This document shows, piece by piece, positions 1 through 5,194 of a DNA stretch of 7,356 bases. The notes below the pieces were generated by a model, which saw nothing but the letters and a program-made list of their open reading frames with translations, ran no database searches and was not told the origin of the DNA. Origin of the DNA: Promethearchaeia archaeon (lineage in GTDB: Archaea; Asgardarchaeota; Lokiarchaeia; Sigyniarchaeales; SOKP01). The position numbers were made by a program, and so were the translations under genes. Location of the stretch: contig JAWOFX010000122.1 of assembly GCA_046497275.1 (NCBI GenBank), forward strand, positions 1 to 7,356. Direction: 5' to 3'. Position 1 is the first letter of the stretch. Each line of letters starts with the position of its first letter.

Positions 1-419
1 CTTCTATCGATAGTATCTTTCATTCTTCCAGAATAGGGTACAACAAACCCATTTTCACTTACCGTTTGAAGGGTTGCTAAATATTCATCAGGAACACTTC
101 CCTCATCAACTGCAAGATTTCTGAGTAACGTTAAAATGAATGAATAATCTACATTTTTTGGGCATCGTTCTGTACATCTATGACACAGAGAACAAGTCCA
201 GATTGCATTACTATTTAATATTTTATCTTTTAAGCCCAGTAGTAACGATGCAACAACTCTATGAGGTTGGAGATCAATATATTCTGATACAGTACATCCA
301 GAACTACATACTCCACATTGAATACATTTTAATAATGTTTTTTCTCCAACTTGTTGGGTAATTTGGTATCGTAGATTATGATCCAATTCTTCAGATTTTA
401 TACTTTCTCCTTCTGTCAT
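1..419 (-). CDS. hdrC: Heterodisulfide reductase subunit C-like 2x[4Fe-4S] protein (3'-truncated by the left window edge)
   Basis: Manual translation from ATG at 419-417 is open to base 1 (139 full codons): MTEGESIKSEELDHNLRYQITQQVGEKTLLKCIQCGVCSSGCTVSEYIDLQPHRVVASLLLGLKDKILNSNAIWTCSLCHRCTERCPKNVDYSFILTLLRNLAVDEG... It has two CxxCxxCxxxC motifs, the HdrC-typical 'IWxC..C..C..RCP..V' and 'LRNLA..G' segments, a strong SD and a position directly downstream of hdrA. Confidence 0.92.
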   Translation of the reverse strand, partial: MTEGESIKSEELDHNLRYQITQQVGEKTLLKCIQCGVCSSGCTVSEYIDLQPHRVVASLLLGLKDKILNSNAIWTCSLCHRCTERCPKNVDYSFILTLLRNLAVDEGSVPDEYLATLQTVSENGFVVPYSGRMKDTIDR

Positions 420-421
420 AT

Positions 422-3400
422 TTAAGCCACCTCCTTAGATTTTTCGAGTTTGATTTTATCACCTGTCTTACCTAAAGGCCCTAAATTTTTTATTCTGTCT
501 GTAAATTCAGTGACAACATTTGCAAATCTTTTACCTTCACTTGCAGATACCCATTCAAGATGAAGACGATCTGGATTTATACCTATTTTATCGAGAATTT
601 CTTTAATTTCATGGTAGCGTCTGAGAGCATCATAATTACCTTTCATATAATGGCAATCGCCAAGATGACATCCTCCAATCAACACCCCATCAGCACCTTT
701 GAGAAATGCTTCTAATATATAATGTTTAGGTATGCGACCCGAACACATTACTCGAATTGGTCGAATATTAGTAGGATACTGAAAGCGACTTACACCACAT
801 GTGTCTGCTCCCGCATAGCTACACCAATTACATAAAAATGCAACAATTCGAGGTCGTTCGTCAACAAACTCTCCTTTTGTCGCTTCAAATATCATTGGCG
901 TTAGCTGATTATCCGCAAAATGACTCATTGTTATTGCTCCCGCGGGACAGGCAGCAGCACAATCACCGCATCCTTTACATAAAAGTGGATCTACTTGTGA
1001 AATTAACTTGTGTCCATCAAATTTCACACCAATTGCCCCATAATTGCACACTTCTTCACATTTTTGACAGGCGATACATAAAGCAGGATTAACATGAGAG
1101 ATCAACGGTTCATTCTCTACAATCCCAGATGTAAGGGGGATCAATGCATGCGCTGCGGCACCTCTAGCTTGAGATATTGAGTCTGCGATTCCCTTTGGAG
1201 AATGCGCAGTACCTGCGAGAAAAATCCCATCAGTAGCGAAATCAACAGGTCTTAATTTTACATGTGCTTCTAAAAAGAACCCATTTTGATCAATGGGCAC
1301 TTTCAATAGTTCTGAAAGCCGTTTATTATCATATGAAATCAAAGGAGTAGATAACACTACCCGATCAGCTTTCACATCAAGGTTAATTTGGGTCAAAATA
1401 TCTTTCACCTTAACATGAATGTCACCATTCTCTAACTCTACATCTGGATATTCGTTAAATCGGATGTAATTTATATTTTCTCTAGCTTTCCAATAATACT
1501 GCTCTTCATCAGTTCCCACACGAATGTCTCTATACATAACATAAATATTAGAGTTAGGATAATTTTCTTTCACATATAGGGCATGCCTTATAGATTCTCC
1601 GCAACAAATTAATGAACAATAGGGTACTCCTTTTTCAGGATCCGTTTGTCTTGACCCAACGCAGTGTATAAACACAATATCTTCCCCATCCTCTAATTGA
1701 TTGTTTTTTAATTTATCCGAAAGTTCTAATTGCGTCATTATACGGTCGTCTTGTCCATAATGATACCATCCCTCCGGTTTATATTCATAAGCACCAGTAG
1801 CTACAATGATTACACCCACATTAAATTGTGTGGTCTTATTATTAGCGTTATTTTTAACCTTAATAGCAAAATCTCCAATGGAACCTTTTACATCAACAAC
1901 CTCGGAATTCAGATGAGTCTTGATCTTTTTATAATTATTGTATTCTTCTAATTTCTGTTGGAGAAATTCTTGTGAGTCTATCCTGTCTTCATTTATTTTA
2001 TAGATTAAATTCAATTGTCCTCCCAATTTGTCATCTTTTTCTACTACATAACACTCAAATCCCTTATCTGCAATTTCCATAGCTGCTGTCATACCCGCAA
2101 TCCCTCCACCTACTATTAAAGCTTTTGGAACTACATCTCCTCGAATCTTAAATTCGGGTTTTAGATTTTTTACTCTACTAATACCCATTCTTATTAGATC
2201 CTTTGCTTTATCAGTTGCTTTCTCTTCATCGTCCATATGTACCCAAGAGTCTAATTCACGAATACTTACAAAATTAAATAAATATTCATTCAATCCTGCT
2301 TGTCTGATTGTTTTTTGAAATAAAGGTTCATGAGTTCTTGGAGTACATGCGGCAACCACCACACGGTTTAAATCATGCTCTTCAATTTTTTCTTTTATTA
2401 TATCTTGAGTTAAACTAGAGCAAGTATATTTGTTATCCATCGCAAAAACGACATCGGGTAGAGTTTTTGTGTATTCTACTAATTGAGGAATATCCATATA
2501 TCCCCCAATATTAATACCACATTGACATATAAATACACCGATTCTCGGTTCGTCTATCGATCTCACATCTTTAAGTGGTGGAAGTTCAACTTTTTGCTCC
2601 TCCTCACTAAGCGGATCAATATGAAGAGCTGCTAATCCAGCAGCGCCGCTCGCTTTTGCCACTGAATTTGCGATATCATCTGGAGATTGACATGACCCTG
2701 TCACATATATTCCTCCTCTTGTGGATTCTAAATCCTCAGTAGAATCTTTTGTTTTATAAAATCCTAATTCATTTAATTCGATACCAAGAATATTAGCAAG
2801 TTCTTCTGCTCCTTCATTTGGAATTACCGCATTTGCTAAAACTACTAAATCGAATGTATCAGTTTCAACTTCTCCAGTATCAAGATTTGCATGTTTCACA
2901 ATTAAATCGTTAGTATTTGCATCTTCTCTGACATCTCCAGGAATTCCATGAGAATATTTTAAGCCATATTCATTTTTCGCTCGTTCAATGAATTCTTCTT
3001 GATTTTTGCCGATCACTCGAGTATCATTAAAAAAGATGGTAACCTCTGTCTCTGGTGAATGTTCTCTCGTAACCACTCCTTCTTTGGCCATATACATACA
3101 GCAAAATTTTGAACAATAAGGACATATATCCTCATTTCTTGAGCCAACACAACCAACAAAGGCAATATTATGAGCGTGTTTCCCGTCTGAGGGGCGTAAT
3201 AGTTCACCCTCAGTGGGACCAGAAGCACTTAAAAGCCGTTCGTATTGCATCGCAGTGATTACATTTGGATACTCACCATAATGATAACGAGGTAGAATGC
3301 TTGGATCTATTAAGTCATAGCCCGTAGCTACGATAATAGAACCTACATTATAATCTAAAATTTCATCTTCCATCTCAAAATTTATAGCTTCTGCTTCACA

Positions 3401-3913
3401 TGCATCTAAGCATAATTTGCACGCATCTTTTGTCAAATATAAACACTTTTCAGCATCAATGGTCGCTTTTCTTGGAACAGCTTGCGGGAATGGAATGTAA
3501 ATCGCTGTGCGGTTGCCCATAGCTTCTTCAAATTCACTCGGAATTTTTTTCATAGGGCATACTCCAGCACATTGTTCACATCCCGTACACTTATCCCAAT
3601 CAACATATCGCGCTTTTTTTCTTATTTTTACCTTAAAATCTCCCGCTTCACCGTCTAGTGCTTCAAGTTCAGAATATGTTAATAATTCCACATTTGGATG
3701 TCTGGCAACCTCTACCATCTTAGGAGCCAAAATACATATTGAACAATCTAAAGTTGGAAAAGTCTTATCTAATTGAGCCATTCGCCCACCAATTGAAGGT
3801 GTCTTTTCTATCAATATAACGCGGTATCCTTGCTCTGCTAAAGAAAGTGAAGCTTCTATGCCAGATATGCCACCGCCAATTACTAGTACAGAATTCAATT
3901 TTTTATTTGTCAT
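422..3913 (-). CDS. hdrA: Tandem HdrA-HdrA flavoprotein fused to a C-terminal ferredoxin and an MvhD ([2Fe-2S]) domain; FAD/Fe-S subunit of an Hdr-type electron-transfer complex
   Basis: 1163 aa. Module 1: GGGISG (aa13-18), LDKTFPTLDCSIC, an inserted ferredoxin (CTGCEQCAGVCP...CKLCLDAC), CVGSR (255) and CSKFCCMY. Module 2: HdrA N-terminal domain RIGVFICQCG (457)...YTCS...AACTPRTHEPLF, then GGGIAG (602), CVGSR (751) and CSLICC. C-terminal ferredoxin CIACQKCEEVC / CKGCGDCAAACP (946-990). MvhD domain from aa1022: RIVAFLCNWCSYAGAD...RVMCSGR...GADGVLIGGCHLGDCHY...LEWVSASEG. Confidence 0.95.
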   Translation of the reverse strand: MTNKKLNSVLVIGGGISGIEASLSLAEQGYRVILIEKTPSIGGRMAQLDKTFPTLDCSICILAPKMVEVARHPNVELLTYSELEALDGEAGDFKVKIRKKARYVDWDKCTGCEQCAGVCPMKKIPSEFEEAMGNRTAIYIPFPQAVPRKATIDAEKCLYLTKDACKLCLDACEAEAINFEMEDEILDYNVGSIIVATGYDLIDPSILPRYHYGEYPNVITAMQYERLLSASGPTEGELLRPSDGKHAHNIAFVGCVGSRNEDICPYCSKFCCMYMAKEGVVTREHSPETEVTIFFNDTRVIGKNQEEFIERAKNEYGLKYSHGIPGDVREDANTNDLIVKHANLDTGEVETDTFDLVVLANAVIPNEGAEELANILGIELNELGFYKTKDSTEDLESTRGGIYVTGSCQSPDDIANSVAKASGAAGLAALHIDPLSEEEQKVELPPLKDVRSIDEPRIGVFICQCGINIGGYMDIPQLVEYTKTLPDVVFAMDNKYTCSSLTQDIIKEKIEEHDLNRVVVAACTPRTHEPLFQKTIRQAGLNEYLFNFVSIRELDSWVHMDDEEKATDKAKDLIRMGISRVKNLKPEFKIRGDVVPKALIVGGGIAGMTAAMEIADKGFECYVVEKDDKLGGQLNLIYKINEDRIDSQEFLQQKLEEYNNYKKIKTHLNSEVVDVKGSIGDFAIKVKNNANNKTTQFNVGVIIVATGAYEYKPEGWYHYGQDDRIMTQLELSDKLKNNQLEDGEDIVFIHCVGSRQTDPEKGVPYCSLICCGESIRHALYVKENYPNSNIYVMYRDIRVGTDEEQYYWKARENINYIRFNEYPDVELENGDIHVKVKDILTQINLDVKADRVVLSTPLISYDNKRLSELLKVPIDQNGFFLEAHVKLRPVDFATDGIFLAGTAHSPKGIADSISQARGAAAHALIPLTSGIVENEPLISHVNPALCIACQKCEEVCNYGAIGVKFDGHKLISQVDPLLCKGCGDCAAACPAGAITMSHFADNQLTPMIFEATKGEFVDERPRIVAFLCNWCSYAGADTCGVSRFQYPTNIRPIRVMCSGRIPKHYILEAFLKGADGVLIGGCHLGDCHYMKGNYDALRRYHEIKEILDKIGINPDRLHLEWVSASEGKRFANVVTEFTDRIKNLGPLGKTGDKIKLEKSKEVA
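428..436 (-). promoter_or_regulatory. Shine-Dalgarno site for hdrC, embedded in the last codons of hdrA-mvhD
   Basis: The minus strand reads AAGGAGGTG, ending 8 nt upstream of the hdrC ATG. It is complementary to the 16S 3' anti-SD (CACCUCCU). Confidence 0.8.
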
Positions 3914-4059
3914 AACATTTTCATTTTTTCGGTTTTAAATTATTTTTTAAAGCTTTTTTGATTGTTTCAGAACTTAATTAATATTTTTTTTTCGATTTCA
4001 TCAATTTTTCCTAATTAAGTTCATAAGATAATTTATAAGTATTCTATATGATAGTGATC

Positions 4060-4076
4060 TATTTAAAACTTCCCCT
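4060..4076 (-). promoter_or_regulatory. Candidate archaeal BRE/TATA promoter for the hdrA-mvhD/hdrC unit
   Basis: The minus strand reads AGGGGAAGTTTTAAATA, a purine-rich BRE-like run followed by TTTAAATA, about 150 nt upstream of the hdrA ATG. An alternative, CTTATAAAT, lies at 4031-4039. The region is very AT-rich, so the placement is uncertain. Confidence 0.35.
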
Positions 4077-4431
4077 TAATGAATGATTTTTTTAATGAAT
4101 TGTCATAAAAACGCAATAAAAGTTGAAGATCAGTCACCGTTTTTCGAAAAAAATAAAAATTTTGAATAAAAAAACACAATTATTGTTGCTTGAAAAAGTA
4201 TAAAATCAAAATTTTCTTCGTAAAAAGAGAATACCTCTTTTATTCCCATTTTCGAAACCATATCTAAAATTCAAAAAAAAAGAAGTCTTTTTTTGTCGGG
4301 ATACCTACATAAAAGTCTCAATTATTAAAGGAAAACTAAAAAAATATAAAAGAAAAACAAGTTAATATTAATTAAATATTGATCGTCTATTTTGGAACTA
4401 AAAAAATATAAGCATGGATTGGTAAACAAAA

Positions 4432-5112
4432 GTGAAAGTGCTCGTTTCAGGTCCAGTTCAGAGCGGGAAGTCTGCCTTTATAAAATATTTAGATCCTAAT
4501 GCATTAAATGTTGAAGCGAAAGGAGCAGATAATAAAGTATATACTGTAGGAATGGATTTAGGATCAGTATCTTTAAATGGATATAGAGTATATTTATTTG
4601 GAACTCCAGGACTCTTAAGATTTTCTGTGATGAGAGATATCGTTTCTAGTGGATCTGATGGAGTTATATTCATTTTTGATTCTGCAGCACCCGAAAAAGA
4701 TACAGAAGCAATACAAATTCTAAACTCAATTCGGAAATCGTTAGGGCCAAACATTCCAATCCTTTATCTCGCCAATAAACAAGATTTAGAAGAGGCGAGA
4801 TTTCCAGAAGTGGTCAAAATACAGAATGATTTACCAGAAAATAGTAAAATTGTCCCCGCTAGTACTAAAACCGGAAAAAATATTGAGGAATCCTTAAAAT
4901 ATTTGGTCAATCAAATATATGATAACTACAAAAGTCTTATAGAAATACTAAAAAATTATGAAAATGATCTTGAAGGGTTGAGAGAACAATTGAATAAAGA
5001 TCCAACTGAAATGAAGGATTTTTTAAATAAATTAGAAGTAAAACGATTTATAAAATTAAATCGAGCTACTAAAACCTATAAAGTTAAAAATGGATTATCT
5101 TTTCTAACTTAG
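4432..5112 (+). CDS. MglA/CvnD-like small GTPase with a C-terminal winged-helix-like extension
   Basis: GTG start, 226 aa. G1 GPVQSGKS (7-14), G2 region TVGMDLG (38-44), G3 FGTPG (56-60, the MglA/CvnD-type variant of DxxG), G4 NKQD (115-118), G5-like ASTKTG. Residues ~163-226 (SLIEILK...LEGLREQLNKDPTEMKDFLNKLEVKRFIKLNRATKTYKV) fit a helix-helix-recognition helix-beta wing pattern. Confidence 0.88.
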   Translation: MKVLVSGPVQSGKSAFIKYLDPNALNVEAKGADNKVYTVGMDLGSVSLNGYRVYLFGTPGLLRFSVMRDIVSSGSDGVIFIFDSAAPEKDTEAIQILNSIRKSLGPNIPILYLANKQDLEEARFPEVVKIQNDLPENSKIVPASTKTGKNIEESLKYLVNQIYDNYKSLIEILKNYENDLEGLREQLNKDPTEMKDFLNKLEVKRFIKLNRATKTYKVKNGLSFLT

Positions 5113-5133
5113 ATTAAACTTGAGAAATTTAAT

Positions 5134-5149
5134 CTTTTTTATTATTTTG
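5134..5149 (+). terminator. Candidate oligo-T archaeal terminator after the GTPase gene
   Basis: CTTTTTTATTATTTTG lies about 20-35 nt after the TAG stop. T-runs are common in this AT-rich DNA, so support is weak. Confidence 0.3.
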
Positions 5150-5161
5150 TCTCTGATAATG

Positions 5162-5169
5162 CTTAAATG
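5162..5169 (+). promoter_or_regulatory. Candidate TATA box for a leaderless or short-leader lyase transcript
   Basis: CTTAAATG lies about 26-33 nt upstream of the ATG at 5195, and no SD precedes that ATG. Confidence 0.25.
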
Positions 5170-5194
5170 AATTGATTTATTCTCCTTTTTAATT

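Noticed and set aside
140-361. 73-aa plus-strand ORF
   Set aside because: Antisense shadow of the clearly coding hdrC frame; no motifs.
799-1092. 97-aa plus-strand ORF
   Set aside because: Entirely antisense to the ferredoxin/MvhD part of hdrA; no recognisable features.
1730-1951. 73-aa plus-strand ORF
   Set aside because: Antisense shadow within hdrA.
3013-3228. 71-aa minus-strand ORF in an alternative frame
   Set aside because: Nested out of frame within the conserved CVGSR/CSxxCC region of hdrA; no RBS or motif support.
3507-3776. 89-aa plus-strand ORF
   Set aside because: Antisense shadow of hdrA module 1.
422-3913. Selenocysteine recoding or SECIS element
   Set aside because: No in-frame TGA in any of the four genes, so nothing needs recoding.
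422-3913. Methanogenesis or sulfate reduction as the pathway
   Set aside because: HdrA/HdrC/MvhD modules are widespread in anaerobes; no mcr, apr or dsr genes are in the window.
4140-4151. Palindrome TTTTTCGAAAAA, with a partial copy near 4249-4257
   Set aside because: Low-complexity T/A runs around CG are expected by chance in this spacer.
3914-4431. Possible tRNA, ncRNA, CRISPR array, IS end or small ORF in the spacer
   Set aside because: No GC-rich stems, regularly spaced repeats, terminal repeats with target duplication, or credible ORF found by eye.
4458-4754. 98-aa minus-strand ORF
   Set aside because: Antisense to the GTPase G1-G3 region.
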